A stretch of 64,000 nt of DNA from an uncultured Bacilli bacterium (lineage in GTDB: Bacteria > Bacillota_I > Bacilli_A > RF39 > UBA660), in contig CAKOXP010000007.1 of assembly GCA_934130175.1 (NCBI GenBank), positions 6,344-70,343 of the forward strand. Reading direction: 5' to 3'. Shown here in pieces: positions 19,984-30,772 of this stretch. The notes under the pieces were generated by a model. The model ran no database searches, was not told the DNA's origin, and saw nothing but the letters and a program-made list of their open reading frames with translations. The translations under genes and the position numbers were made by a program. Position 1 is the stretch's first letter. Each line of letters opens with the position of its first letter.

Positions 19984-21099
19984 TTATATTCTGCTAATGT
20001 AATTATAAAATCTTTCTTTTTCTTTTTTTACTATTTTTCTATTGTTAATAAATTTAGTTATTAAATTTCTTGTATATTCAATTAATATACAAACTGTAAA
20101 AATTAGTATAGCACATAAGAACATATATATAATTGATCTCGGTCCCTTCATCATTCCATTATCTATTCTTAATTTTTTATATAATATTAATCTTATTAAA
20201 TCATTATCGTGTATTAAATACACACCCAATATTATACTTGCTACCTTATTAATAAATCTATTTTTTATTGTTAATGTTTCAAAATATAGGAAATAACAAA
20301 TTGATTGAATAATGTCAATTGGTGTTGAATAATTATATTGACTATTCATAATATACTTAGAAAATAAATTAACCACTGGATTAATACAATTATTAAGTTG
20401 TTTAGCAAATATAATAATTACAAAATTAGCAATTGCACAAAAAATAAATCCAAAAAGAAATACTAATTGTCTTTTTTCCCTTGAATATATCTTAAAATGA
20501 TAATTATCTTTTATAGGATACTTTCTAAAATATGCTCCTAATAAATATAAATAGCAAAATTGAATAATAGTATATCCATTGTTACTTACAGTAACATTGT
20601 TAGTTATAAATGGAATTATAGAAAATATTAAAAATGATATTAATAATAATTTTCGATATTCATTATGTTTCAGGTTTTCTATTAATTTATTAATAAAAGG
20701 ACTTAATAAATAAATTATTAGATAGCAATTTATAAACCAATATTTTCCTGAACCAATTGGAAATAAATCGATAATAAAATCTATTGGTGCTAATTCAATA
20801 AATTTAAATTGTGTTAAAAATAGTAAGATTATCACTCTATAAAACCAAACCAATAAAAACAATCTTAAAAACTTTTTTAATGAAAATTTTGATTTTGATT
20901 GAAAATATCCTGTTACTAATACAAATGAATTAACATGTACTACAAATAATGCTAATAAAAAATTATAGAGTAAATTTGTTGCACCTGTACTCATAGTTAT
21001 TAATTTTCCATGAATAATGATGTGCCATAAGACAATCATAAACATTGATATTATTCTCATTAATTCAAAATTTGATTCTCTTTCATGTGTTAACTTCAT
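19984..21099 (-). CDS. Acyltransferase family 3 (AT3) membrane O-acyltransferase
   Basis: 371 aa with about 10 TM helices. The N-terminal RESNFELMRIISMFMIVLWH motif is typical of AT3. SD AGGGGA. Has its own upstream intergenic region. Confidence 0.75.
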   Translation of the reverse strand: MKLTHERESNFELMRIISMFMIVLWHIIIHGKLITMSTGATNLLYNFLLALFVVHVNSFVLVTGYFQSKSKFSLKKFLRLFLLVWFYRVIILLFLTQFKFIELAPIDFIIDLFPIGSGKYWFINCYLIIYLLSPFINKLIENLKHNEYRKLLLISFLIFSIIPFITNNVTVSNNGYTIIQFCYLYLLGAYFRKYPIKDNYHFKIYSREKRQLVFLFGFIFCAIANFVIIIFAKQLNNCINPVVNLFSKYIMNSQYNYSTPIDIIQSICYFLYFETLTIKNRFINKVASIILGVYLIHDNDLIRLILYKKLRIDNGMMKGPRSIIYMFLCAILIFTVCILIEYTRNLITKFINNRKIVKKEKERFYNYISRI

Positions 21100-21178
21100 A
21101 ACCCTATCCCCTAACTAAATTATTGTTCTCCCTATAATATTCTACATATAAATTATACCATACTAAGTATTATAAATC

Positions 21179-21202
21179 AAAAAAAATAGGATTATTTCCT
21201 AT
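21179..21202 (-). terminator. Terminator overlapping the stop of the 21192..22145 gene
   Basis: Stem ATAGGA/TCCTAT with a 5-nt loop, followed on the minus strand by eight T. Confidence 0.5.
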
Positions 21203-22145
21203 TTTTTGTGTTGATTAGTATATATTCAAATAATTGTCTATGTTTTTTTGCAACTACTTCTAAAACAATTCCACATGATAGTGAAATTAATGATATCATT
21301 AACATAAATCCTGAAAAAATTAATGTTGGGAATCTTGCTACTAAACCAGTCTTAAAATATTCATAAAAAACTGGTGCTCCAAAGCAGATAGATATTACTA
21401 AAAATAACAAGCTTATGATTCCAAAAAATACCATAGGTTTATATTCTTTAAATAGTCTTGCAATTGTTTTTAAAACTTTAAATCCATCACTGTATGTATT
21501 TAATTTGGATACAGATCCACTTGGTCTATCCCTATACTCAACTGGAATTTCTTCAACATACATATTTTTATCTAATGCATGAATTGTCATTTCATTTTCT
21601 ATTTCAAATCCCTTTGATAGTACAGGAAAGGTCTTTACAAAATCATAACTAAAAGCTCTATAACCTGTCATAATATCATTTATATGTCCTTTAAATAATG
21701 AATTAATAAGCAATCTTACAAGCCTATTGCCTAGATTATGAAATGGTCTTTTATTTTCTGTAAAATAAGTAGATGATAGTCTATCACCAACCACCATATC
21801 AGCACCTTTATTTAAGACTAATTCGCACATTTCCCTTGCGTTTTCCTTAGGATATGTATCATCACCATCTATCATTAAATAACAATCAGCATCAATATCT
21901 TTAAACATACTTCTAATTACATTACCTTTTCCTTGTCTATATTCATATTTGACTATAGCGCCTGCTTTTCTTGCTATTTCATCAGTACCATCAGTACTAT
22001 TATTATCATATACATAAATATCTGCTCCAGGTAAAACTTCTCTATAATCTTTGACAACTTTTTCTATTGTTTTACTTTCATTATAGCATGGAATTAAAAC
22101 TGCTATTTTTTTATCACTTAATAAATTTTTACTATTTTTCTTCAT
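21192..22145 (-). CDS. GT2 glycosyltransferase with C-terminal TM helices (polyprenol-phosphate sugar synthase-like)
   Basis: 317 aa. Motifs VLIPCYNESKTI, YDNNSTDGT and DGDDTYP, plus two C-terminal TM helices. SD AAGGAG. Confidence 0.7.
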   Translation of the reverse strand: MKKNSKNLLSDKKIAVLIPCYNESKTIEKVVKDYREVLPGADIYVYDNNSTDGTDEIARKAGAIVKYEYRQGKGNVIRSMFKDIDADCYLMIDGDDTYPKENAREMCELVLNKGADMVVGDRLSSTYFTENKRPFHNLGNRLVRLLINSLFKGHINDIMTGYRAFSYDFVKTFPVLSKGFEIENEMTIHALDKNMYVEEIPVEYRDRPSGSVSKLNTYSDGFKVLKTIARLFKEYKPMVFFGIISLLFLVISICFGAPVFYEYFKTGLVARFPTLIFSGFMLMISLISLSCGIVLEVVAKKHRQLFEYILINTKNRK

Positions 22146-22160
22146 TATTTACTCCTTAAA

Positions 22161-22559
22161 TTATACTTTATCATTTTTTTCTAAAAATAATTTTCTTGTA
22201 ATAAAATTATAACACATTACTACAGCTGTAGCGAATATTTTTGAAATCATGTAATATATACCAAACTTTTTATCCATTATCCACATAATTAATTCATTTA
22301 TTCCAAGACCTACTATACTCAATACTATAAATACAACTAACTCTGTTGTTTTACTATTTTTTTCTTTGTCTACATCAAATACCCATTTAACACTAGCTAT
22401 ATAATTAAATATAACTGATATGGTAAATGATATTGCAGCAGATATTAAAACTGGAATCTTAAATATTTCTGTTAATATAACCATTATACCATAATCTATC
22501 GCAAAAGCAATTACCCCAACAATACCAAATTTTAATAATTGATTAAATACTTTTTTCAT
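22161..22559 (-). CDS. GtrA family membrane protein (putative polyprenol-P-sugar flippase component)
   Basis: 132 aa with four TM helices. LKFGIVGVIAFAIDYGIM and the C-terminal YNFITRKLF motif. Confidence 0.8.
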   Translation of the reverse strand: MKKVFNQLLKFGIVGVIAFAIDYGIMVILTEIFKIPVLISAAISFTISVIFNYIASVKWVFDVDKEKNSKTTELVVFIVLSIVGLGINELIMWIMDKKFGIYYMISKIFATAVVMCYNFITRKLFLEKNDKV

Positions 22560-22582
22560 ATTTCATACCTCTACTATAAATA

Positions 22583-24247
22583 CTATTTTAATATATTTTT
22601 ATTTAGTTTATAAAAACTAATAATATTACTATTGAATATTTTATACGAATAAATATGTTCATATTTACTCATATCTATATATGAATAAACTGAATTATTT
22701 AAACTATATATTATTTTATTTTCTTTTAGATATTTTTCTATATTATCATCAGTTACTACTATTATTTTATCTTTTAAATATTTACTCGAATTAGTACATA
22801 TATCAGTAATTATCCTATTATTAAATCCGCTACCATATAAATATATATGGCCATCGTCATTTACTTCATATTTTGATGATTTTTCAAGTTTATGTAATGC
22901 ATCTATCGAAGTAACATTATAGTAATCCAATTCATATGTGTGTGAAAGATTATTTCTACCAGCTAGTATATTATAATATGCTGTATTTGCAACACCATAC
23001 TTAAATAGATAAAATATATTTATTACAATTGTAATTATTACAATACTATAGAAAATATATACTAATTTTTTTTCTTTTATATTTAATATATAGTTAATAG
23101 AAAATGATGAGAATATAATAATTAAACCATATAGGAAATAAAAATGTCTCCACCCGTTATAAATATTAGGTTTAGAGGTAATTGCTATCATAAATGGAAC
23201 TAAGAATATTATAAATATTATCAAATATGAATATTCTTGAAAACTAATTTTTCTATTTTTTATTGATTTTACAAATCTGATAAAAAATAATATTAAAGAA
23301 AGTAAATATAAGATTATTAAAATAATTGGCAAAGTGATAGTCATCATTTTTGGTAAGTAATACCATGGTAATGGATTACTATCATGATTGTATCTTACTC
23401 CTTCAAACAAAACTGTAATTGAGCCTCTAAAATTAACACTATTTGTTAAACAATAATTTACATAATCAAATAATTTAAAACTACCTGTTCCCCATATAGC
23501 TGGTGTTAATATAATAAACAACACTACTGACATAACTGCCGCCAATAGTCCACATAAAAAATTATGTTTATTCCACTTTTTTTCAATGGATGTATGGATA
23601 ATATATCCAACACCTAGTATAAATAAGAAAAATAATCCAAGTATTTTAATATTACAAACGAAGGCACTAACTATTGCAAATGCTACTGCATATCTATATC
23701 TTTTTTCTTTTATAAATTTAAGACCATAATATATCATTATGATTAATAACGACATTAATATAATATCTTTGTTATTATGTAAACTATCTATTAATATTCT
23801 TGGTGATATAAAATATAATAATGTTGAAATAATAGAAACTTTTTTTGATTTGAATAGATATATTGTCAACTTATAAATAAAGATAGTACCTAGAAAAAAT
23901 ATTAAATATGTATATAGATGCCATAAAATCGATGTATAATGCATCGAATAATTTCTTAAAGTAAGAACAGGAGTAAATAAGTAATAAGGAGCCATTCCAT
24001 GATCTTTTTCACTACTTTCACTTATAGATATTATTCCTTTTTCATTCAATGAATCGCTTAACTCTTCTAAACCTGATAATTCAAAATAATCTTTTACATT
24101 ACCTAGTAATATATTTTGTTCTAAATTTTCATCAAAGTTACCATTTATATGTGGAATGAAACATAGTCCTATTAAAAACAGTATTAAAAAAATTCCAATC
24201 AAAAGATACTTATATTTATTTTTTAAAAATTTATATACTTTTTGCAT
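22583..24247 (-). CDS. GT-C fold membrane glycosyltransferase candidate (ArnT/PMT_2-like)
   Basis: ORF track runs to 24262. The ATG at 24247 has SD GAGAGG 7 nt upstream. About 550 aa, polytopic. Acidic EKDHG in the first loop. Follows the GT2-GtrA pair. Confidence 0.6.
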   Translation of the reverse strand: MQKVYKFLKNKYKYLLIGIFLILFLIGLCFIPHINGNFDENLEQNILLGNVKDYFELSGLEELSDSLNEKGIISISESSEKDHGMAPYYLFTPVLTLRNYSMHYTSILWHLYTYLIFFLGTIFIYKLTIYLFKSKKVSIISTLLYFISPRILIDSLHNNKDIILMSLLIIMIYYGLKFIKEKRYRYAVAFAIVSAFVCNIKILGLFFLFILGVGYIIHTSIEKKWNKHNFLCGLLAAVMSVVLFIILTPAIWGTGSFKLFDYVNYCLTNSVNFRGSITVLFEGVRYNHDSNPLPWYYLPKMMTITLPIILIILYLLSLILFFIRFVKSIKNRKISFQEYSYLIIFIIFLVPFMIAITSKPNIYNGWRHFYFLYGLIIIFSSFSINYILNIKEKKLVYIFYSIVIITIVINIFYLFKYGVANTAYYNILAGRNNLSHTYELDYYNVTSIDALHKLEKSSKYEVNDDGHIYLYGSGFNNRIITDICTNSSKYLKDKIIVVTDDNIEKYLKENKIIYSLNNSVYSYIDMSKYEHIYSYKIFNSNIISFYKLNKNILK

Positions 24248-24251
24248 TTTT

Positions 24252-26366
24252 CTACCTCTCATATACTTCTAAATTTAATATTTGTAATGCTATAAACTCA
24301 TTTACTTCTTCTTCACCATTATAAAGCTTTAGAAGTAATTTTTCATTATCATTTAAATTAATATTTACATCATATTTATGTAAATTACCATTTTGATTAG
24401 TTAACTCATAACTATCTAAGACAATTTCACTATCTTTTGATTTTTTGACCAATTTCAGTGTTAAACTATCAAAAGATACTTTCTTCATATATTTACCAAT
24501 ACCTGCGTAAAATTTAACATTATAATCAGTATTGTTTTTTAATTTAAAATCATAGGTTTTAACTATTTCCATTCTATTGTTTTTACTTCCATTATTTTTT
24601 TCTATCCTAAACACATATATAAAATTATCAGTATCAGTAAAATCAAAATTATAAACCCCTTTAATTCCTGTTATATAATATTTTTTATTATTAATTGTTT
24701 CAATAAAATTATCAAGATCAACCGAATCAACTAATGTATATATTTTTGTATTTTTTCTAAAATAACTGTTAAATATTTTTTGTGTTTTCTTATTTGAGAC
24801 CCCATTAGTAATTGAAACCATTGGAATATCATCACTTATTAATTCTGCAAATCCAGAATTTGCTTGAGATATTGCCATTACAGAATTTTTTTCAAATTTA
24901 ATCGTTTTGGAATTATTAAATTTTAATGATTTTTTAATATTATATTTGTATGAATAAATATCATGAGAGAATATATTATTAAATGTCCAAAATTGAGCAT
25001 CAACAACATATTTATCATAGGAATATTTATAATTAAAAATCAATGAAACTGCGACAATAATTGCCATTATGTACTTTTTACTTTTAATATTATCATATAA
25101 AAATAAATAAGTAGAAATATTACCTAATACTAAAACAACTAATCCGTATCTAGTATATCCTAGCATAAAATTTGACCATATTAAATAACTAAAAAATGTA
25201 ATAAAGTAAAATAATGTTTTTTCATTGTAAGTTTTGTTCTTTCTCACAACTATTTCATATAATTTTTTTAATAAATAAATAAAACATATAATATAACCTA
25301 TTCCCCACATAGGTTCAACTATTGCAGCATCATATGCCCTTCCTGGATAAAAAAACATATATACTGGCCAGATTAAATATTCAATAAATGTTTTTGGTCC
25401 AAAGCGGTTATCCATCCAATTTGATAAACTATAATAACTAGATTTAAAAATAGAATTATAAAATGGGAAAACCGGATTACCTGTTGATATCCAGGTATAA
25501 AAGACATAAATAAAAATAACAAAAATAAAACACGAAATTATAGATAATATATCTTTTAACTTTAAATATTTAAATATTTTTCTATTTTTTAAAATATATA
25601 TAATAAATAAATAGATTATTAGTATTGCATTTGATATTTTTGAAACGAACGCAAATCCAACAAGAAAACCAATATATAATAATTGTTTTATATCATAATC
25701 TTCTTTATTTATTATTTTTTTACCAAATATGCAAACTATAAATAATTCAAGTAAGAAAATAATCGATACATTATCTACGTAATAACTGTCAATAAGTTCA
25801 ATAATTGAAAGTGATATAGTTGATAATAATGACAATATTGATATTATTAAATTATTATTTTTAGTATTCTTAATAAAATGGGAAAAAATATTTTTTATTT
25901 GATAATAAATAACTATCAGAATCCCATATTGAAGTATTGTCCCTAATCTATAGCCTAAAAAAAACCTGAATAAATAGAATAATCGATCTGTGAATGCATA
26001 TGTAAATGAATTTATGTTTTTACTTGGGAAAAAATCTCCAAATATTTTATCAGAAAATGGATTTTCCTGTAAAAACAAATGGTAATTTAATGTATCAAAA
26101 GTTCTATCAGGAAAAACAATTGTTATAATTGCAAAAAAAGCAATTACAATAAAAAATATAGAATCATATTTATTAATATCATTTTTTATAGTAATTTTTT
26201 CTTTTAAGATGAAGAACATTATACTATATAATACCATACTAATTAATAAACTATATATATATTTAAGATTAAATATATACGTAATATAGTCTGTAAAAAG
26301 GACTATAAAAGATATAGATAAAAATATAATCATAAAAATGTTAATACTAATTTTCTTTTTTTTCAT
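24252..26366 (-). CDS. Large polytopic membrane protein with a C-terminal soluble (probably extracytoplasmic) domain of about 230 aa
   Basis: 704 aa. About 14 hydrophobic segments, then a hydrophilic tail. No named motif recognised. Confidence 0.5.
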   Translation of the reverse strand: MKKKKISINIFMIIFLSISFIVLFTDYITYIFNLKYIYSLLISMVLYSIMFFILKEKITIKNDINKYDSIFFIVIAFFAIITIVFPDRTFDTLNYHLFLQENPFSDKIFGDFFPSKNINSFTYAFTDRLFYLFRFFLGYRLGTILQYGILIVIYYQIKNIFSHFIKNTKNNNLIISILSLLSTISLSIIELIDSYYVDNVSIIFLLELFIVCIFGKKIINKEDYDIKQLLYIGFLVGFAFVSKISNAILIIYLFIIYILKNRKIFKYLKLKDILSIISCFIFVIFIYVFYTWISTGNPVFPFYNSIFKSSYYSLSNWMDNRFGPKTFIEYLIWPVYMFFYPGRAYDAAIVEPMWGIGYIICFIYLLKKLYEIVVRKNKTYNEKTLFYFITFFSYLIWSNFMLGYTRYGLVVLVLGNISTYLFLYDNIKSKKYIMAIIVAVSLIFNYKYSYDKYVVDAQFWTFNNIFSHDIYSYKYNIKKSLKFNNSKTIKFEKNSVMAISQANSGFAELISDDIPMVSITNGVSNKKTQKIFNSYFRKNTKIYTLVDSVDLDNFIETINNKKYYITGIKGVYNFDFTDTDNFIYVFRIEKNNGSKNNRMEIVKTYDFKLKNNTDYNVKFYAGIGKYMKKVSFDSLTLKLVKKSKDSEIVLDSYELTNQNGNLHKYDVNINLNDNEKLLLKLYNGEEEVNEFIALQILNLEVYER

Positions 26367-26439
26367 AAATATAAATACTCCTATTGTGACTTTTGTCTTT
26401 AATTAAAATTTTATCATATATAAACAGATTTTAGAAGAA

Positions 26440-27306
26440 TTATTGATTATTTATATATTTACTTAATTCTTTTGTAACTACTTTATAACCATCATCTGAT
26501 AAATGTAGTCCTTCTCTTGTATATTCGAGTTTCATATTACCATCCTCATCTATTAATTTATCATACATATTGATATAGGTAACGTTTTCCGTTTTATCTG
26601 CAAATTTTTTTAACGTTTTATTTATACTAATTATTTTTTCATTTTTTCTTCCATGAACCATAGAATGACTTATTTTTTCATTATCGGTATCATTAACAGG
26701 ATAAATAGATTCTAAATAAATGTCACAATTTGGTCTATTCTTTTTTATATTAGTTACAAGTTTTTTGATACACTCTTCTATTACATATTCATCTCTATAA
26801 GGAACATCATTAGTACCAATAAGCAAAAATACTTTAGTTGGATTATATCTATAAATTCTTTCATATGAATTATCTAAAATATCATTTACTGTATTTCCAT
26901 CTATTCCACTATTCACTACATGAATTTCATCCTTATAATACTTTTCTAAATTATATTGATAGGTAATTGAATCTCCAACAAATACAATATTTTCATCACC
27001 TAAGGTTTTAACTACTTTTTTAGTAATGGTTTTAGGTTCAAAAGTTTCATACTTATAAATATAAATAAAGCTTAATGTTGACATAAAAAACAAAAGTATT
27101 ATTAATAACAGTACTACAACTTTATACTTGTTTTTACTTTTTTCTAAAATTAGGAGTTCTTTCTTTAATTTAATTATTTCATTTTTTCTTCTATATAATT
27201 TTTTTTCATTTTCTAATTCATCTTCTATTTTTTTAGAATCAAAATTAAATTTTTGTTGCATAGTTAAACTTAAATCTGTTTCTTTGTTTTTGACGCTTTT
27301 TTCCAT
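26440..27306 (-). CDS. Membrane-anchored SGNH/GDSL hydrolase (esterase/acetyltransferase-type domain)
   Basis: 288 aa. Charged N-terminus and one TM helix. SGNH blocks: FVGDSITYQ (block I), GIDGN, LIGTNDV and EGLHLSDDG (DxxH-like). Confidence 0.7.
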   Translation of the reverse strand: MEKSVKNKETDLSLTMQQKFNFDSKKIEDELENEKKLYRRKNEIIKLKKELLILEKSKNKYKVVVLLLIILLFFMSTLSFIYIYKYETFEPKTITKKVVKTLGDENIVFVGDSITYQYNLEKYYKDEIHVVNSGIDGNTVNDILDNSYERIYRYNPTKVFLLIGTNDVPYRDEYVIEECIKKLVTNIKKNRPNCDIYLESIYPVNDTDNEKISHSMVHGRKNEKIISINKTLKKFADKTENVTYINMYDKLIDEDGNMKLEYTREGLHLSDDGYKVVTKELSKYINNQ

Positions 27307-27362
27307 AATATCCCTCTTTTTTACATAAGTATTATAACATTTTACTAAAAATAAAAAAAGAC

Positions 27363-28367
27363 TTAATCTTTATAAGCCTCTTTGTATTCTCCTGATAAGA
27401 TATTATCTATCCAATCAGTATTTTCTAAATACCAATCAATAGTTTCTTTAATACCATCTTCAAATGTATATGTTCTAGTCCATCCTAATTCTTTTTCTAC
27501 TTTAGATGAATCTATCGCGTATCTTAGATCATGACCTTTTCTATCACTAACAAACTCTATTAAATCTTCACTTTTACCAAGTTGTTTTAAAATTGTTTTT
27601 ACGATAGTTAGATTAGTTCTTTCAGAGTGTCCTCCAAGATTATATACTTCTCCAACACGACCATTTCTAACAATTAAATCAACTCCTATATTATGATCGA
27701 TTACATGAATCCAATCACGAACATTTTCACCTGTTCCATATACTGGAATTTTTTCATTTTTTAGAGCTTTTGAAATAACAACAGGTATTAATTTTTCTGG
27801 AAATTGGTATGGTCCATAGTTATTAGAACAACGACTGATAGTTACTGGAAGACCATAAGTTCTATAGTATGCTCCTACTAATAAATCAGCACTTGCCTTA
27901 CTTGTTGAATATGGACTTGATGTATGAATTGGAGTATTTTCTGTAAATAATAAATCAGGTCTATCAAGTGGTAAATCTCCATATACTTCATCAGTTGAAA
28001 CTTGATGATATCTTTTTACATTATACTTTAATGATGCATCCATAAGTACTTGAGTTCCAATAATATTAGTTGTTAAAAATATACCTGGATTTTTGATAGA
28101 ATTATCTACGTGAGACTCAGCTGCAAAGTTAATTACAACATCGAATTTTTCATCATTAAACAATTTATCTATAAAATCTCTATCAGTAATATCTCCATGA
28201 ACAAATTTATAATTATCTTTTCCTTCTAGATCTTTAATATTATTATAATTTCCTGCATAAGTTAACGCATCTAAGCAAACAAAATCATCTTCAGGATACT
28301 TATTAACTACATAATGCATATAGTTGCTTCCAATAAATCCTGCTCCTCCTGTTACTAAAAATTTCAT
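27363..28367 (-). CDS. rfbB: dTDP-glucose 4,6-dehydratase
   Basis: ORF track runs to 28406. The ATG at 28367 (MKFLVTGGAGFIGSN) has SD AGGAGG and removes the overlap with rfbD. YSTSKA catalytic motif. Confidence 0.9.
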   Translation of the reverse strand: MKFLVTGGAGFIGSNYMHYVVNKYPEDDFVCLDALTYAGNYNNIKDLEGKDNYKFVHGDITDRDFIDKLFNDEKFDVVINFAAESHVDNSIKNPGIFLTTNIIGTQVLMDASLKYNVKRYHQVSTDEVYGDLPLDRPDLLFTENTPIHTSSPYSTSKASADLLVGAYYRTYGLPVTISRCSNNYGPYQFPEKLIPVVISKALKNEKIPVYGTGENVRDWIHVIDHNIGVDLIVRNGRVGEVYNLGGHSERTNLTIVKTILKQLGKSEDLIEFVSDRKGHDLRYAIDSSKVEKELGWTRTYTFEDGIKETIDWYLENTDWIDNILSGEYKEAYKD

Positions 28368-28378
28368 AAATCCTCCTA

Positions 28379-29308
28379 TTATCTTTTCTTTACTAATTCC
28401 TTGCAATACCTATCAGTAGCATCTTTCCAACTTGGTAACATTTCAAATCCTGCTTCAATAAGCTTTTCTTTTGAAAGTTTAGAGTTTCTTGGACGATATG
28501 CTTGTTTTGTACCAGTTAATTCTAAATACTCTTCTGTTGTTACAGGGTTAACTTTTGTTGATTTTCCATTACTTTCAAATATATATTTAGCAAATTCTGC
28601 CCAAGAACAATATCCTTCATTATTTACATGATATGTTCCATATTTATCAGAATGTGCCATATCAATTAGTAATCTTGATAAATCAACTGTATATGTAGGA
28701 CTTCCTACTTGATCATCTACTACGTTTAACTCATCGTGATTTTCTGATAGTTTTAACATAGTTTTAATGAAATTATTCCCATTAATTCCAAATACCCATG
28801 AAATTCTTGTAATAAAGTGATTTGGATTGCGTCTTACTTCTTGTTCACCTTCGTATTTAGTTACACCATAAACACTCATTGGATTTACTTGATCATCTTC
28901 AGTATATAATCCTTCTTTTTTACCATCAAAAACATAATCAGTTGACATATATATAATTTTTGCTCCAACCTCAATAGAAGCATCTGTTATATTTCTTGTA
29001 CCAAAAACATTAACATTTCTAACTAAGTCTTCCATATCTTCTGCTTTATCAACTGCAGTCCATGCTGCACAATGTAAAATTACATCTGGTTTTTCCATAG
29101 TTATAACTTTATTAACAGCGTCTTTTGAAGTTATATCTAAAGGAACATACTTAATATTTGTTGCATTCATCAAATCAATTGAAGCTTGATTATTTTCACC
29201 TAGTTCTCCTAAATCAGATACAGTAATATCTAATTCACCTCTTTTAGCAAGTTCTCTTACTAAGTCATATCCTAGTTGTCCTTTATATCCAGTAATAAAA
29301 TATTTCAT
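28379..29308 (-). CDS. rfbD: dTDP-4-dehydrorhamnose reductase
   Basis: 309 aa. ITGYKGQLG Rossmann motif, YGVTKYEGE and VDDQVGSPTY motifs. Confidence 0.85.
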   Translation of the reverse strand: MKYFITGYKGQLGYDLVRELAKRGELDITVSDLGELGENNQASIDLMNATNIKYVPLDITSKDAVNKVITMEKPDVILHCAAWTAVDKAEDMEDLVRNVNVFGTRNITDASIEVGAKIIYMSTDYVFDGKKEGLYTEDDQVNPMSVYGVTKYEGEQEVRRNPNHFITRISWVFGINGNNFIKTMLKLSENHDELNVVDDQVGSPTYTVDLSRLLIDMAHSDKYGTYHVNNEGYCSWAEFAKYIFESNGKSTKVNPVTTEEYLELTGTKQAYRPRNSKLSKEKLIEAGFEMLPSWKDATDRYCKELVKKR

Positions 29309-29880
29309 TATTTATTCCTCCTAAATCTAGTTTTACATTTTTTTAAAGTTTCACGATTAACATCTTTTTCTGAAAGAAGTGGTTTATCTATACCATATTC
29401 TTCGAATATTTCTTCCCAATTAATTCCTAATTCTGGATCATTCCAAAGAATTCCACCTTCTAATTCAGGCGCATAATCATTATCAATTAAATATTGAAAA
29501 ACAGTATTATCTTCTAAAGATACAAATCCATGAGCAAATCCACGTGGTACAAATAATTGTCTATTATTATCTGGTGTTAATAAAACACTTGTCCACTTTC
29601 CAAATGATGGTGAATCTTCTCTCATATCAACAACAACATCAATTGCAGATCCACTAATTACTTCAACAATTTTTGCTTGACACTTAGGATCTTTTTGGAA
29701 ATGAAGCCCACGAACAACTCCTTTACTACTTTTACTACGATTAGCTTGAACAACACGTTCAAATCCTAACTCATCTAAATTTTTTTGGATAAAATATGGC
29801 GAAAAATAACCTCTATCATCTCCAAATCTATCTGGTTCTAAAATATAACAATCTAATAAATTTGTTTCTATCTTTTTCAT
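29308..29880 (-). CDS. rfbC: dTDP-4-dehydrorhamnose 3,5-epimerase
   Basis: 190 aa. FGDDRGYF, RGLHFQ, VPRGFAHGF and YAPELEGGILWNDP motifs. Confidence 0.9.
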   Translation of the reverse strand: MKKIETNLLDCYILEPDRFGDDRGYFSPYFIQKNLDELGFERVVQANRSKSSKGVVRGLHFQKDPKCQAKIVEVISGSAIDVVVDMREDSPSFGKWTSVLLTPDNNRQLFVPRGFAHGFVSLEDNTVFQYLIDNDYAPELEGGILWNDPELGINWEEIFEEYGIDKPLLSEKDVNRETLKKCKTRFRRNK

Positions 29881-29891
29881 AAAAATCTCTC

Positions 29892-30770
29892 CTATCTTGC
29901 TTCATCTACTACTTTTTGTAAATATTTACCATAGCTATTTTTCTTTAGAATTTTTGCTCTTATCTCTAATTGTTCAGTTGTAATCCATCCCTTATAATAG
30001 GCAATTTGTTCTGGACAACATATAATCTTGTCTTTTAGTCTTTCTAAAGACTTAATCATATTAGCAGCATCTAGTTGACTATCAAAAGTACCTGTATCAA
30101 ACCAAGTAAATCCTTCTCCTAGTTTTTCTGCTTTTAAGTTTCCTTCTTGTAAATAGAAATCATTTAAAGTAGTTATTTCTAATTCTCCTCTTGCTGAAGG
30201 TTTTACTTTTTTAGCTTTTTTACTAACTCCTTTAGGATAGAAGTATAATCCTGTAATAGCATAATTTGATTTTGGATTTTCTGGTTTTTCTTCTACACTA
30301 AGTACATTGTTATTACTATCTAGTTCCATAATTCCAAATCTTTCTGGATCTCTTACTTGGTTTCCAAAGATTGTTGCTTTTCCATTAACTGCATTAACTT
30401 TTGCTTTTTCTAACATTTCTGTAAAGCCATTCCCATAGAAAATATTATCACCTAATATCATGGCACACTCTTCATCACCAATAAATTCTTCTCCTAAGAT
30501 AAATGCTTGAGCAAGTCCATCAGGTGAAGGTTGAATAATATATTCTAGATTAATTCCAAATTGTTTTCCATCTTTTAATAGTTTTTTAAAACCACTTTGA
30601 TCTTCTTCTGTTGTAATTACTAAGATATCTTTAATGCCCGCTAACATAAGTGTTGCTAAAGGATAATAAATCATTGGCTTATCATATATTGGCATTAATT
30701 GTTTACTAATTCCTTCTGTTATAGGGTAAAGTCTAGTACCTGACCCTCCTGCTAAAATAATTCCTTTCAT
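29892..30770 (-). CDS. rfbA: Glucose-1-phosphate thymidylyltransferase
   Basis: 292 aa. [34 protein letters not shown] and LGDNIFYG motifs. Confidence 0.92.
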   Translation of the reverse strand: MKGIILAGGSGTRLYPITEGISKQLMPIYDKPMIYYPLATLMLAGIKDILVITTEEDQSGFKKLLKDGKQFGINLEYIIQPSPDGLAQAFILGEEFIGDEECAMILGDNIFYGNGFTEMLEKAKVNAVNGKATIFGNQVRDPERFGIMELDSNNNVLSVEEKPENPKSNYAITGLYFYPKGVSKKAKKVKPSARGELEITTLNDFYLQEGNLKAEKLGEGFTWFDTGTFDSQLDAANMIKSLERLKDKIICCPEQIAYYKGWITTEQLEIRAKILKKNSYGKYLQKVVDEAR

Positions 30771-30772
30771 CT

